NCBI GenBank assembly: GCA_964641255.1
Contig: CAZXMM010000002.1
Location: forward strand, 1-61,140
Reading direction: 5' to 3'
From: an uncultured Gammaproteobacteria bacterium
Lineage (GTDB): Bacteria > Patescibacteriota > Microgenomatia > JAMCZE01
Length of the DNA: 61,140 nt
The notes beneath the pieces were generated by a model. That model did not search any database. It had not been told where the DNA came from and saw nothing but the letters and a program-made list of their open reading frames with translations. This document shows positions 17,746 through 27,901 of this stretch, in pieces (the stretch's first letter is position 1; every line of letters starts with the position of its first letter). A program made the translations under genes and the position numbers.

Positions 17746-20142
17746 CTAGCCTGAGTGGTATTGTTTCGAATTCAATACTTTTTTACTCACTTCATCCTCC
17801 ACCGTGTCTTGAATGTATCTTTTAATTGACCTGGCGCCAAAAGCGGGGTCATAGCCCTCTTTAATGATTTTTTCTACCAGGAGTGGGGAGGGGTCAAAGA
17901 CGATCTGTTTTTGAGCCAGTCGCTTTTGGAGATTAGTGAGCAGTAGTTCGGTAACTACCCGAATCTCCTCAAAGGAGAGGGGTTTAAAGACAATGACACC
18001 GTCAAAACGGTTTAGAAACTCGGGAGAAAAAATCTTCTCAGACTGGACATACTCTAGGAGCTTCTTGGCTAGTGACGGCCCGCTGACACCGGCCAAAACC
18101 TGGTTTTTGATAAAAAGTCCACCGGCGTTTGAGGTTCCAATGATGATGGCTTGTCTTACAGTCACCTGGTGATTAAAAGCGTCGGTGAGGTAGCCTTCAT
18201 CAAGAAGGGTGAGGAAGAGATTGAGAATCAGCGGGGGGGCTTTTTCGATTTCGTCTAAGAGAATTACCGAAAAGGGATTACTAGCCAGGGCGCTAGTGAG
18301 TTGCCCCGGACTATTTTGCTCTTTGGAGCCAATCAGTTTAGTTAGCCCTTCTTCTCCTTGATACTGACTCATGTCAAAGCGGATCAGTTTTGTTTCCGCC
18401 CCAAAATATAGGTCTGCGAGCGCTTTAGCTGTTTCGGTTTTTCCAGAGCCAGTGGGACCAAGGAACAAAAAAGTGCCAATGGGTTTTTTGGGATCAGAAA
18501 TCTCCAGAACACTGCGGCGTAGAGCCTTAGCTAGAGCAGAAATGGCTTCGTCTTGGCCAATGATTCTTTTATGGAGGGTACTCTCAAGGGTGGCCAATTT
18601 TTCCTTATCCTTTTTACTGAGAGTTCCCACGGGAATGTTAATTTTTTCTGCCAGATAGAGCTCAATATCGTTGTCCCACAGGAGCTTCATATGGGGATGC
18701 TGGGATTTAGTAAAGACAATGGTTTCATCCATCAGATCAATGGCTTTTTCGGGGAAGGGAGTGGCACTGAGAAAGCGGTCCGCGTTAGTAATGGCTTTTT
18801 TAATCGCAATGTAGGAAATTTCCACCCGGTGCCGCTTTTCCAAAATGGGGGCAATTGAGAGCTCCATTTCCAAATACACTGTTTCCGTGTCTGGCGGTTC
18901 AACAATGACTGGGGCGAAAATTTTTTGGAGCGTTGCGTTTTGGCTAAGATAATGGTGATAACTGTCAAGTGTGGTGATGCCAATAACCCTTAGCTGGCCA
19001 CTAGTAAGGTACTGGGTAAAAATGTCACTTAAATCTAGGCGCTCGTCTTTAGTTTCCAAATATTTGTCTAGATCATCGATGACCAAAATGATGTTACCCG
19101 CCTGTCTGCCTTCTTCAAGGAGAGTGGAGACCTGTTGCCGACTGGTTGTCGGATCGCCACCAGTTAGGGCGGCTTTAAGATCGAGATAAATTACTCTAGT
19201 GGAGCTGAGAGCCTGGTCAATTTGTCCTTCGTAAAGGCGCCGACAAAACTCATCGACAATCGCGTGTCTGCCGATGCCAGGATCACCTGCCACCACCGCG
19301 CTATTGTGGGCAGTTTTAGCCAGGATTTGCGACAGGGCAGTCAGCTCTTTTTCTCGGCCCACCAGGGTTGTAAACTGGGAAAAATCTTGGCTGATCTGAA
19401 ACTTTTCTAAACCGTTGGTGTAGCCAAAAGACCAGGTGGCACCAATACCCCGAATGCGCATTAAATGCTCGCTGTTGTCCCAGAAGGAGGGGGGAGCGGT
19501 GTGTAAGCGCCGGTGCCAGTCAGTGATGCGGCCAAAGTCTTGATAGTCGATTTGTTTTTTGGCCAGCAGCTGTTTAAACGGGGCAAAATCTTTAGCCAGA
19601 CTCAAAAGAAATTCCTCAATTGATGCTGGGGTAGTTCGGAGAGAAAATTCAGAAGTTGTACCAATTAACTCAAGCACTTCTTGTGAGCTTAGAGCTAACT
19701 TTCGTACAATAAATCTACCCAGGGCAGTGTTAGTGAAAATTTCCTTGAGTGCCAGGTCGGGGTCACTGGCCATTTTTAAAACTAGCCTCTTTAACTGTCT
19801 TTTAGCCACCGTTTTTTGCAGGAGAACTTTGAGGGCGATTAGGGGCAGGCAACAAAAAAATAGGGGAAGAGAAATTAGGACCGTGATCAGAGCACAGCTA
19901 AACAGGAGCAGGCCAGTGACAATCACCAAAGTTCTCGCCACTATCCCTATCCCAATTGACACTAGATTAAAGGAGAGGACTTCAGCGATTTGGTCAAAAT
20001 GAACCCCGGGGCGGTTACTGGTGAGAGCCATTCTTTTAAACGGGGCAAAAAAAGTGGCCAAGTGATGAGGGAGAGCAAAGGAATAGATAATAAAAAGTAA
20101 GAGGTGGCCACAAAATTTTAGATAGGCAGCGGGCAGGGTCAT
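17746..20142 (-). CDS. Clp/Hsp100-family double AAA+ ATPase with an N-terminal transmembrane domain
   Basis: NBD2 has FLFLGPTGSGKTETAKALA, VILLDEIEKA and SPEFLNRFDGVIVFKPLS. NBD1 has GDPGIGRHAIVDE and ILVIDDLD. The N-terminal ~110 aa are hydrophobic helices rather than a Clp_N domain. Confidence 0.85.
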   Translation of the reverse strand: MTLPAAYLKFCGHLLLFIIYSFALPHHLATFFAPFKRMALTSNRPGVHFDQIAEVLSFNLVSIGIGIVARTLVIVTGLLLFSCALITVLISLPLFFCCLPLIALKVLLQKTVAKRQLKRLVLKMASDPDLALKEIFTNTALGRFIVRKLALSSQEVLELIGTTSEFSLRTTPASIEEFLLSLAKDFAPFKQLLAKKQIDYQDFGRITDWHRRLHTAPPSFWDNSEHLMRIRGIGATWSFGYTNGLEKFQISQDFSQFTTLVGREKELTALSQILAKTAHNSAVVAGDPGIGRHAIVDEFCRRLYEGQIDQALSSTRVIYLDLKAALTGGDPTTSRQQVSTLLEEGRQAGNIILVIDDLDKYLETKDERLDLSDIFTQYLTSGQLRVIGITTLDSYHHYLSQNATLQKIFAPVIVEPPDTETVYLEMELSIAPILEKRHRVEISYIAIKKAITNADRFLSATPFPEKAIDLMDETIVFTKSQHPHMKLLWDNDIELYLAEKINIPVGTLSKKDKEKLATLESTLHKRIIGQDEAISALAKALRRSVLEISDPKKPIGTFLFLGPTGSGKTETAKALADLYFGAETKLIRFDMSQYQGEEGLTKLIGSKEQNSPGQLTSALASNPFSVILLDEIEKAPPLILNLFLTLLDEGYLTDAFNHQVTVRQAIIIGTSNAGGLFIKNQVLAGVSGPSLAKKLLEYVQSEKIFSPEFLNRFDGVIVFKPLSFEEIRVVTELLLTNLQKRLAQKQIVFDPSPLLVEKIIKEGYDPAFGARSIKRYIQDTVEDEVSKKVLNSKQYHSG

Positions 20143-20200
20143 AGTCAGGTGTAACTAAGAATACCAAAATCTAAGTGGGGATGATAGAATCGTTGGACTA

Positions 20201-20272
20201 GGGCGTTTAGTTCAGCGGTAGAACGCTGTCCTGATAAGACAGAAGTGGATGGTCCGACTCCATCAGCGCCCA
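20201..20272 (+). tRNA. tRNA-Ile: tRNA-Ile (GAU)
   Basis: GGGCGTT/AGCGCCC acceptor, anticodon arm CTGTC-CTGATAA-GACAG, T arm GATGG-TCCGACT-CCATC. Confidence 0.85.
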
Positions 20273-20295
20273 CAATTTCATACCTTCGTCTATAA

Positions 20296-20787
20296 CTATT
20301 TTCTTTTATTAGACTCTGGTTTAACCAGTTTGGCGGTGTAGATAATCTGGCGCAGTTCTCCAGTGCTGTCTTCAAATTCTCTGGATCCTGTCATTTTGGC
20401 GTAATCTTGCAAGTAATCCGATAGGCTCTGTTTCATCTCTTTAACGGTCGTGGCCATGTCTTTGACTTTTTCTGCAAGAGTGAGCAAAGTTGGCTGCTTT
20501 AAAATCTGCATTTTGGTGGCATTTCTAATCTTAGCTGCGGCTTTGACCGCTGCTTCGTGCTCCCGGTAGGTAGGGTCATTGGCAAAAGCGTCGGTGAGCA
20601 TCTGTTTATGGGCAGATAGCTCCGCTTGGGAGCGCTCCAGGTTAGTAATATAGCCTTGAATGAGGCCAGTTAGGGTCACTAGGTCATTAGCACTAGTGGT
20701 GGAAGCTGTGGCAATTTCCCCCTCAATTATTTTTTGGTCATCAGAATCCATAGGGATTAAATTAACTGAATTTTGGGCAAGGCACAA
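20296..20787 (-). CDS. hypothetical coiled-coil protein
   Basis: 163-aa ORF with a TTG start in the track. An alternative ATG lies at 20751 (MDSDDQ...). Confidence 0.45.
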   Translation of the reverse strand: MCLAQNSVNLIPMDSDDQKIIEGEIATASTTSANDLVTLTGLIQGYITNLERSQAELSAHKQMLTDAFANDPTYREHEAAVKAAAKIRNATKMQILKQPTLLTLAEKVKDMATTVKEMKQSLSDYLQDYAKMTGSREFEDSTGELRQIIYTAKLVKPESNKRK

Positions 20788-20800
20788 GGGGAAAAATAGT

Positions 20801-22351
20801 CTACTTGGTTAAATCCAAGGTTTGGGGGTTAATGATCAGAACCGCACCTTTGCTATTGACTATTTGTAGACCTTGAGGAGTTTTACTAAAACTAAGCGGC
20901 CCCATGAGGCTTTCCGGATCGGGAAGGGGGGAGTTATCCTTAGTAAATAGTTTAAGGAGCTTTTCGAAGGAGAGATCAAAAAGCCAAATTCTGGGGTTAG
21001 TGCAAGTTGGCATCATTCCCATGGGATTACAACCTGAATTGACAACCAGGGCGTATTTTACTGCATCATCCACCCAGAAGCTCAAATTATTTTCGTTGCT
21101 ATTAAAGTCAGTAGTGCTTCTGGAGATGGCTATATCTTGACCCAGTTTGAATAGAATTTTCGGGTAGGGGTCATCGATTTCCATTTTGTCTACTGTAGCG
21201 TTTGTCAAAATATAGCGAGCATTATTTATTACGGGAGTGATAAACAGGCTGGCTCGGCCATCGATGAGATAGGGCGTTTTTTTGCCATCTGTTCCCCTGT
21301 GAACAAGTTGGGTCAAATAAAAATCGTCATTTTCTACCTCCCAGTTCTCGGGAAGTCCAAATTTCCACCCAGTATCTTCTGCGAGCTCTCGACAGGCATT
21401 GGGGTCTGAATCGCTCACCGCCTGGACGGTAGTGAATTTATTGGTTTCGTAAGCAAATTGTTTCAGGGTACAAACATACGGGGCACTACCGCTAAGCCCT
21501 TTGGATTCATAACTTGAGACCAATACTTTATCCGGAAACTTTGACGACCACCCGGTAAGGTCAAAACGTGACTTGTCGAAATCTCGAAGTTCGCTCGGAC
21601 CAAATGCCTGCCACTTTTGAGTCTGTTTATCATAACGTGCAATTCCTCCTTGGGAGTAGGCGTGGGCAGGAAAATAAGCCCAAATGGAACGCTCGTCAAT
21701 AAGGACCCGACTGACATCAAATTTGCTGGCAGAAATTCCAATTTCTTTGCCAAAGTTAGTAAATTTATCTTGACTGTCAATTTTCGTTATTCCCTCGAAA
21801 GTAGCAAGCCAAATATCAGTTCCGTCGGGGTAAACAGTGTAGTTACTACTTCCTTGAATGCCATTAGCAGCGTTAAAGGTCTTTTCTACAAGGAGCGTGT
21901 CAAGATTTACTTTGTAAAGTGTCTGCGGCGAAAAATAATCAGAGTTAGCAAAACAGGAAAAATAGAGGTGATTACCAATAATAGCTAGGTTGCTAAAGCA
22001 AGAGCCAAAGAAGTCGGTACTGACGTGGGTGATTTCGTTGCGACTGGGATCAAATTCGATGACCCGTCCGTCAACTACGAGCCAGAGCTTATTTTTATAC
22101 TTGCCAATTCCATTAACACTGGCTGTATTGGGAATGTCACTAAGACGAAGCTGCGCCAGTGAGGGAAGGGGGGTGGTGAAGTATTTATTAGTTGCGGGAT
22201 AAAGAGATTGATCCGCTCGTTCCTTCTTTGAAGGTTGCTGGGTGCTGGGTGGTTTTTGGCTTTGCAGATAAAAAAACACCGCTGCAGCGGTGGTAATTAC
22301 TAGGAGTATCGCGAGAGGAATAATGAGGATGCTTCCCTTATTTTTGACCAT
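20801..22351 (-). CDS. membrane-anchored secreted hypothetical protein (beta-rich)
   Basis: 516-aa ORF with N-terminal anchor ILIIPLAILLVITTAAAVFFYL. Confidence 0.55.
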   Translation of the reverse strand: MVKNKGSILIIPLAILLVITTAAAVFFYLQSQKPPSTQQPSKKERADQSLYPATNKYFTTPLPSLAQLRLSDIPNTASVNGIGKYKNKLWLVVDGRVIEFDPSRNEITHVSTDFFGSCFSNLAIIGNHLYFSCFANSDYFSPQTLYKVNLDTLLVEKTFNAANGIQGSSNYTVYPDGTDIWLATFEGITKIDSQDKFTNFGKEIGISASKFDVSRVLIDERSIWAYFPAHAYSQGGIARYDKQTQKWQAFGPSELRDFDKSRFDLTGWSSKFPDKVLVSSYESKGLSGSAPYVCTLKQFAYETNKFTTVQAVSDSDPNACRELAEDTGWKFGLPENWEVENDDFYLTQLVHRGTDGKKTPYLIDGRASLFITPVINNARYILTNATVDKMEIDDPYPKILFKLGQDIAISRSTTDFNSNENNLSFWVDDAVKYALVVNSGCNPMGMMPTCTNPRIWLFDLSFEKLLKLFTKDNSPLPDPESLMGPLSFSKTPQGLQIVNSKGAVLIINPQTLDLTK

Positions 22352-22642
22352 ACTGTAACTATCACAGTATTAGAAATTAATTGCAATATATCCCCAGGCC
22401 AAAATTTGAGGGAAGGAAACTTGGAGGCAGTTTTGGGGGAAGGCCTTCTCTTAGGGCTTGGCTATAGCGCATCATTTATCCAGTTTTAATCGCAGAAAGC
22501 CTAATTAGTGTTGTAGCCATCGAACACTGACAGGGAGTGTATAAATCGACAAGTTTACAGAGCTTGTCAGCTGGGCCACTTTAAGCCTGTAAGTCATGGA
22601 GCTTTTCTTGCATTTGTAACAACGAACATTCATAATTAGGTT

Positions 22643-23419
22643 GTGCAATCAATCTCTACCATTCCCGACCTGTTAAGAGATTCGGCCCAGCAGTATCAAA
22701 AACAGGCCCGAAGTCTTTTAGTGATTGCCTCTTTTTACCTGGTGGCAATCGGTCTCCATCCGGTCCTAGGGCTGGTAGGAATCTCGGGGTCTGGCTGGTT
22801 GGGGGTGGCCGATCAGGCACTCTTTTATCTGGGTATCTTTTTGTCGGGTTGGTTTTCGATAGCCCTCATTAGACAAGTGGCTAACGGTGGCCAACAACTA
22901 GAGAAAAATATTTTTTCAATTTCCCTAGATCAGGCTGGTAGCTTTTTCCTTCTCACTGTGTTCATGCTAACCCTACTTTTTGGTGGCTTGACGCTGCTAG
23001 TTATTCCCGGGGTGGTGCTTCTTTTTCTGATGAGCTTCGCTCGCCTTTTCCTCGTCCTAGAGAAGAGAGGGATTCTAACAAGTGTCTACGAAAGTAGGGG
23101 GCTCATCCGGGGGTACGGTTGGCAAGTCTTTATTCGGCAACTAGTTGTGATACTGCCCCCCATACTCGTAGTTCTCATACCACTGGTGCTGGGAGCGTTT
23201 TTAGTTCCGGCGATTGTTTTGGTGTCAATTTTACTTCAGACCATTTATGCGCCATTCGAACTGATTTATTCCTACAAAATGTACCAGCAGTTGAAAAAGT
23301 TAAATCCCGTGGCCAAAGACTATCAACCATCAGGCTGGTTTAAAGTGGGGTTAATTTTGAGTGCAATTTTGGGAACGCTGCTTCTTGTGGCGGTCTTTAC
23401 TAGCACTGTCTGGGCCTAA
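22643..23419 (+). CDS. polytopic membrane protein, unknown function
   Basis: 258-aa ORF with a GTG start and several TM helices. Confidence 0.5.
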   Translation: MQSISTIPDLLRDSAQQYQKQARSLLVIASFYLVAIGLHPVLGLVGISGSGWLGVADQALFYLGIFLSGWFSIALIRQVANGGQQLEKNIFSISLDQAGSFFLLTVFMLTLLFGGLTLLVIPGVVLLFLMSFARLFLVLEKRGILTSVYESRGLIRGYGWQVFIRQLVVILPPILVVLIPLVLGAFLVPAIVLVSILLQTIYAPFELIYSYKMYQQLKKLNPVAKDYQPSGWFKVGLILSAILGTLLLVAVFTSTVWA

Positions 23420-23424
23420 AAGAC

Positions 23425-24795
23425 CTATTTATTCTTAGCTACCACTTTGATTTGTGTCCCCTCCAAAAAGCCGTATTTACCGTGCTCCCGGCCAAAGCCA
23501 GAATTTTTGTAACCCCCGAAGGGATTGAATGGTTTAATGTAACTTACGCCGTTGACTGAAACCATGCCAGTTCTAAGTTCCCTGGCCAGTCGGTCTGCCC
23601 GGGCGCAGTCTTTAGTAAAGACATAGGAGCCCAAACCATAGGAGGTGTTGTTAGCCAAATCAATGGCTTCATCGTCCGTTTTAAAAGTGTGCACGGGGAG
23701 AACCGGCCCAAACACCTCTTCATTCCAGACGCGCATCGATGGAGTAATCCCTGTAATAATGGTTGGTTCAAAAAATGCCCCGCCCAGGGTTTTTTCAAGT
23801 GAGTGACCACCCGTCACTATTGTCGCACCCTTAGCTGTGGCATCCTCCATTTGGGCTATGAGCAGGTCGAGCTGACGCTTGGCGACGAGCGGCCCGATTT
23901 CTGTTGTTTTTTCTTCGGCGTTGCCAATTTTTTTGCTGGCAAAGACCTTAATTAATTTCTTAATAGTTTCCTCAGAAACTTTTTCTTCAACAATTAATCG
24001 TTTGAGCCCATCACAGCATTGACCTTGATTGTACAAACGATTAGCACAGATTGTGCCAATTGCGACGTCAATATCGGCGTCTGCAAAAACAATTCCTGGA
24101 GCTGAGCCGCCGAGTTCCATGACTGCCTTGATGAACTTTTTGCCGGCTAACTCATAGAGAAATTTGCCGGTTTTGGTGCTGCCAGTGAAGGCAATCATGT
24201 CGATCTGTTCATTGGCCAAGGCAGCGCCCACGTCCCCAGCCCCATAAACCTCCGAAAAGACGCCCTCCGGCAGATGGGATGTTAAAATATCTTCCAACAG
24301 TTTCCCATTTAACAGACACTCTTCCGAGTGTTTCAAAACCACAGTGTTACCGGCAATCAGGCTTTGCACTGCTCCCCAGACCAGATTGGCGAGGGGAAAG
24401 TTCCAAGGAATAATGACAGCGGCCACGCCGAGGGGTTCGTAGAAGACCTGATGGATCTCCGTGGCGGTTTCCAAAGTAATTTCGGGCGCTAGATATTTTT
24501 CCGCGTTGTCAAAATACCACTTGGCGAAATTGATGCTGTCATCCACATCAATTATGGCATCGGTAATGGGCATACCCATCTCCAAAGCTTCGAGACGGCC
24601 AATTTCTTCTCGGCGCTCGGCGATCTCTCCGAATGCTTGACGCAGACAATTGACTCTCCCCGTCACTCCCAAAGCGGACCAGGCAGGCTGGGCTTTTCTA
24701 CTTTGAGCCACCTTCGCTGTGATCTCTTTTGGGGTGGAGACTTCCACTTCACCCAGAAGTTGGTAGTTGGAAGGATTAATTGACTTAAGTTTCAT
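23425..24795 (-). CDS. NAD(P)-dependent aldehyde dehydrogenase
   Basis: FTGSTKTGK, ELGGSAP, catalytic-Cys region NQGQCCDGLKR and EEVFGPVLPV. Confidence 0.9.
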   Translation of the reverse strand: MKLKSINPSNYQLLGEVEVSTPKEITAKVAQSRKAQPAWSALGVTGRVNCLRQAFGEIAERREEIGRLEALEMGMPITDAIIDVDDSINFAKWYFDNAEKYLAPEITLETATEIHQVFYEPLGVAAVIIPWNFPLANLVWGAVQSLIAGNTVVLKHSEECLLNGKLLEDILTSHLPEGVFSEVYGAGDVGAALANEQIDMIAFTGSTKTGKFLYELAGKKFIKAVMELGGSAPGIVFADADIDVAIGTICANRLYNQGQCCDGLKRLIVEEKVSEETIKKLIKVFASKKIGNAEEKTTEIGPLVAKRQLDLLIAQMEDATAKGATIVTGGHSLEKTLGGAFFEPTIITGITPSMRVWNEEVFGPVLPVHTFKTDDEAIDLANNTSYGLGSYVFTKDCARADRLARELRTGMVSVNGVSYIKPFNPFGGYKNSGFGREHGKYGFLEGTQIKVVAKNK

Positions 24796-25688
24796 GACTG
24801 GGACTTATTATACGCTAGCTTTCGTAAAAGATCAGGAACATTTGGGATCAGAGCAGCTAAGATAATGGCGACTCCACCAAGGGTAATTTGTAGGGTGAGT
24901 GGTTCGCTAAAAAAGATCATCCCAAAGGCAAGCCCGAAAATTATTTCCATTAGCCCAATAATGCTGCCAATGCTAGGCTCCACATATTTATAGCCTACAG
25001 TGACCAAATAGAAGGCGCCAATTGATGTCAAGGCATAAGCTATCACGGCTAACCAGGAAGGGGATAATCCTAGCTGGGGAAGTGGGGACAGCAGAAAAAG
25101 TGACAAAACAAAATGAGTAAGGAAAATAACGATCCACAATAGGAGAGTAATTTGTAAAGCGGAATATTTTCCCGAGATTTTTTTAGTGAAGACCACTTCA
25201 ATGCCGCCTCCGCTGCCAGCAACAATGGCCCAGATTGCCCCCAAGATTAGCCCACTTTTAAATGACAGGTCGAAAAGTAGTCCCAGACCAGCTAGAGCGA
25301 GCAGCAGAGAGACTATTTTGCCTATCGTTAGTTTTTCTTTGAAGAAGAGGATGCCCAAAACATAGGATATTATGGTGTAGGAAGCGTAAAAAAGCAGTGT
25401 TGAAGGGCCAACCCCGATTGTGTTAACCGCATAGAAAAAGGGGGCGACAGCGCAAGAGCCAAACAGTGTAAAAATTGCCATCCATTTCCAGTCCTTGTGG
25501 TCAACCCATCGCAAACTCTTTGTTAGTAGTCCTATAGGTAGTAGGATAGCGACGATAATGAGGCTACGTGCCCAGATTTGCACAAAGTTGTCTAGAGAAT
25601 CACCAATGAGTTTGGCCCAGATGCCATAGGAACCAAAGAACAAACTAGATGCCAGGACAATCAGACTGCCTTTAGTTTGGGCATTCAT
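24792..25688 (-). CDS. EamA/DMT-family transporter
   Basis: 298 aa with about ten TM helices in two EamA-like halves. 4-bp overlap with the dehydrogenase start. Confidence 0.75.
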   Translation of the reverse strand: MNAQTKGSLIVLASSLFFGSYGIWAKLIGDSLDNFVQIWARSLIIVAILLPIGLLTKSLRWVDHKDWKWMAIFTLFGSCAVAPFFYAVNTIGVGPSTLLFYASYTIISYVLGILFFKEKLTIGKIVSLLLALAGLGLLFDLSFKSGLILGAIWAIVAGSGGGIEVVFTKKISGKYSALQITLLLWIVIFLTHFVLSLFLLSPLPQLGLSPSWLAVIAYALTSIGAFYLVTVGYKYVEPSIGSIIGLMEIIFGLAFGMIFFSEPLTLQITLGGVAIILAALIPNVPDLLRKLAYNKSQS

Positions 25689-25723
25689 CTGGCAATTATC
25701 CTCTTTGAGGGGGTATAATCAAG

Positions 25724-26539
25724 TTGATGTCCACCCAAACAGACACCGCCTGCCAACGGCTTGCCGACTACGGATTGCAGCCAGAGGAGGCGAAAATATA
25801 TCTTCATTTAGGTCAAAAAGGAGCACAAACTGCTCTCCAGATGAGCCGGAGCCTTCACCTGGCTAGGACGAAGGTGTACAGAATTCTGGACAAATTGATC
25901 ACTAAAAAGTTAGTTTCCGTCCAGCTGGGTGATATGGGAAAAAAGTTTGTGGCCAATTCCTATGAACAGCTAAAATTTTTGGTTACGGAAAAGGAAGTGG
26001 AAGCGGTCAGGTTGAGGGAAGACCTTCCCGAGACTTTTAAACAGTTAGCTACGCTGTGGGGAAAGGGGGAAGGAACGTCCAAAGTGCTCTATTACACCGG
26101 ATTGGCCGGACTGGAACAGGTAACCTGGAATTCACTGAATGCCAAAAAAGAGTTGCGGATTTATGAAATTGGTCAAGATATGAATACTTTTATTGCTCCA
26201 AAACTGTCTGAAAAAATTCGTCAAGAGTTGGCAGATCGGGGAATAACAACACTCCAGCTAAGTAATAGACAAAGAATTGAACCATTTACCAAAGTAACCA
26301 GGCTACCAAAAGAGTTTTGGCAAGTCCGCTATATCGACCCCCAGAAGTTAAACATGCAATTTGAATGTTTGATTTATAACAATGTTTTTTGTCTCTATCA
26401 ATTCTTTGGCGCAGATCAATTTTGCGTAGAAATTTACAACGACAAGTTAGCCGCGATGCAAAAACAGTTGTTTGATTTTATCTGGGATAATGCAGAGAAA
26501 ATGAAAATTTTGAATGAGTGGGGAGAAGCCAGAGTCTAA
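25724..26539 (+). CDS. TrmB-family transcriptional regulator
   Basis: N-terminal winged HTH LADYGLQPEEAKIYLHLGQKGAQTALQMSRSLHLARTKVYRILDKLITKKLV. Divergent from the transporter/dehydrogenase pair. ATG at 25727 is also possible. Confidence 0.7.
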   Translation: MMSTQTDTACQRLADYGLQPEEAKIYLHLGQKGAQTALQMSRSLHLARTKVYRILDKLITKKLVSVQLGDMGKKFVANSYEQLKFLVTEKEVEAVRLREDLPETFKQLATLWGKGEGTSKVLYYTGLAGLEQVTWNSLNAKKELRIYEIGQDMNTFIAPKLSEKIRQELADRGITTLQLSNRQRIEPFTKVTRLPKEFWQVRYIDPQKLNMQFECLIYNNVFCLYQFFGADQFCVEIYNDKLAAMQKQLFDFIWDNAEKMKILNEWGEARV

Positions 26540-26561
26540 TTTCTTATGGTAATCTATAACC

Positions 26562-27761
26562 GTGTACCAATCTAAGGCTGGATTTACTACCTTTGTTACT
26601 TTGGGAGTCATTGCTTTCCTTCTTATCGTGGCCTCTTTTTTTATTTGGCCCTTTGCAGTAAACAAATTGGCACCTAAATCAGTCACTACCTCAACTAAAG
26701 AGACACTAACTAAAAATACCCTGAGTGGGCCCAGCCGCAAAGCCCCGCCCCACACTACCTGGATATTAGAGCGCAACCTGGCAACCGGATCAGCGGAAAT
26801 CTCTCGTTTTACTGAGAGCGATTCTGCTGAATTTGCTCTTATTAAGAACCATCTTTATTGGGTAACAGCAACAGAGTTAAGGCACCTTAATTTGATAACG
26901 GGCGAACTAACGCAGCTTTTTAATCTGGATATGGCCGCCACTTTTGGAATAAAAGGTCGCCGTGGTTCGGTGCAAAATCTAGAAATAATAGATGATCAGT
27001 GGCTACTTTTTTCGGTGGGCGGGTACCTAGCTGATGGGGGACTATTCTACCTTCCTGTCGGAGAGCGTGGACCAGTTAGACAAATAAAAGGACCCCAAGG
27101 TGGACATGTAGAAAAAATGGGTTCTCACATTTTTGTAACCACTGGCTTTGGTGATGCCTGCTACGGCAGCGTTACTTATTCGCTTTTGGACACGACTACG
27201 TTTATTTTACAAACAGTGGCTACTCTTGATGGAAGCTGTGAGGAAGGAGAGCAATTTATTGGTCTCGATAGTCGCGACCGTTTTTTGGTGGCAGGCTATA
27301 GTGCAGATGCTAGTGGAAACCAAACGCATTTGACCTACGTCACTGCTCGGGCCGTATCTAGTCCCGAAGCTATAGAGGGGGTTATCGCCAAGCAGGAGAT
27401 GCCCAAAGAAGTAAAGGCTATGGCCCTGTCTTTAGATAAACAAACTTTGTTCCTCTCTTCCTTAACCAGTATCTTTACTTTTGATCTTAAAGCCCAAAAA
27501 ATGGAAAAAGTTTTTGATTTTTCTCAAGCGCTTGCCAATTTGCAGGGTATCTCCGCTTTGGCAGGAAATGAGGTGTGTGTTTTTCTACCAGCAGAAGGAA
27601 ACTACCGCTTCTTTAAGGTTAATACTCTAGCCAAGACACTTGACGATGCGGGCACGGGTTGTCCCGCTAGTCCCCCCTACTACTCTGATACACGAATAGA
27701 TAGAATTATTGCTGAATTAACACTGCCAAAGGGTTACTCTTTTAAAAAGATCGTTGAATAA
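26562..27761 (+). CDS. membrane-anchored secreted hypothetical protein
   Basis: 399-aa ORF with a GTG start and anchor FTTFVTLGVIAFLLIVASFFIW. Confidence 0.5.
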   Translation: MYQSKAGFTTFVTLGVIAFLLIVASFFIWPFAVNKLAPKSVTTSTKETLTKNTLSGPSRKAPPHTTWILERNLATGSAEISRFTESDSAEFALIKNHLYWVTATELRHLNLITGELTQLFNLDMAATFGIKGRRGSVQNLEIIDDQWLLFSVGGYLADGGLFYLPVGERGPVRQIKGPQGGHVEKMGSHIFVTTGFGDACYGSVTYSLLDTTTFILQTVATLDGSCEEGEQFIGLDSRDRFLVAGYSADASGNQTHLTYVTARAVSSPEAIEGVIAKQEMPKEVKAMALSLDKQTLFLSSLTSIFTFDLKAQKMEKVFDFSQALANLQGISALAGNEVCVFLPAEGNYRFFKVNTLAKTLDDAGTGCPASPPYYSDTRIDRIIAELTLPKGYSFKKIVE

Positions 27762-27786
27762 GAACATTTTGTGCTAAAGTAAATTT

Positions 27787-27879
27787 ATGACCTCACTTGA
27801 CAATGTTGCTGCGATGCAAAAACAGTTATTTGATTTTATCTGGAATAATGTTACCAACCTCAAAGTGCTATGGGATTAA
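27787..27879 (+). pseudogene. 30-codon hybrid mini-ORF: pgi 5' end fused to a trmB-like 3' end
   Basis: 27787-27822 equals 29196-29231 (start of the PGI gene) with 1 mismatch. 27808-27850 equals 26450-26492 (end of the TrmB gene) with 3 mismatches. Peptide: MTSLDNVAAMQKQLFDFIWNNVTNLKVLWD. Confidence 0.55.
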
Positions 27880-27901
27880 GCGGTTACTATAATTCAGAGC
27901 T

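Noticed and set aside
17936-20002. Several + strand ORFs of 62-147 aa
   Set aside because: They are antisense to the well-supported Clp/Hsp100 gene.
20145-20375. 76-aa minus-strand ORF
   Set aside because: It overlaps tRNA-Ile (20201-20272).
22352-22642. 291-bp non-coding gap (plus 15225-15530 and 49521-49766) screened by eye for SRP RNA, RNase P RNA, tmRNA and 6S signatures
   Set aside because: No conserved signature strings (for example GAGGAAAGTCC, GGAAGCAGCC or a tRNA-like CCA end) were found. A covariance search is needed before calling anything.
26562-26650. Type IV pilin-like N-termini (KAGFTTFVTLG here; GGFAPLLSL at 3260; SGFAPIVVV at 4330)
   Set aside because: There is no Glu at +5 after the putative G|F cleavage site and no pilin-like length or architecture. 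They are treated as plain signal anchors.
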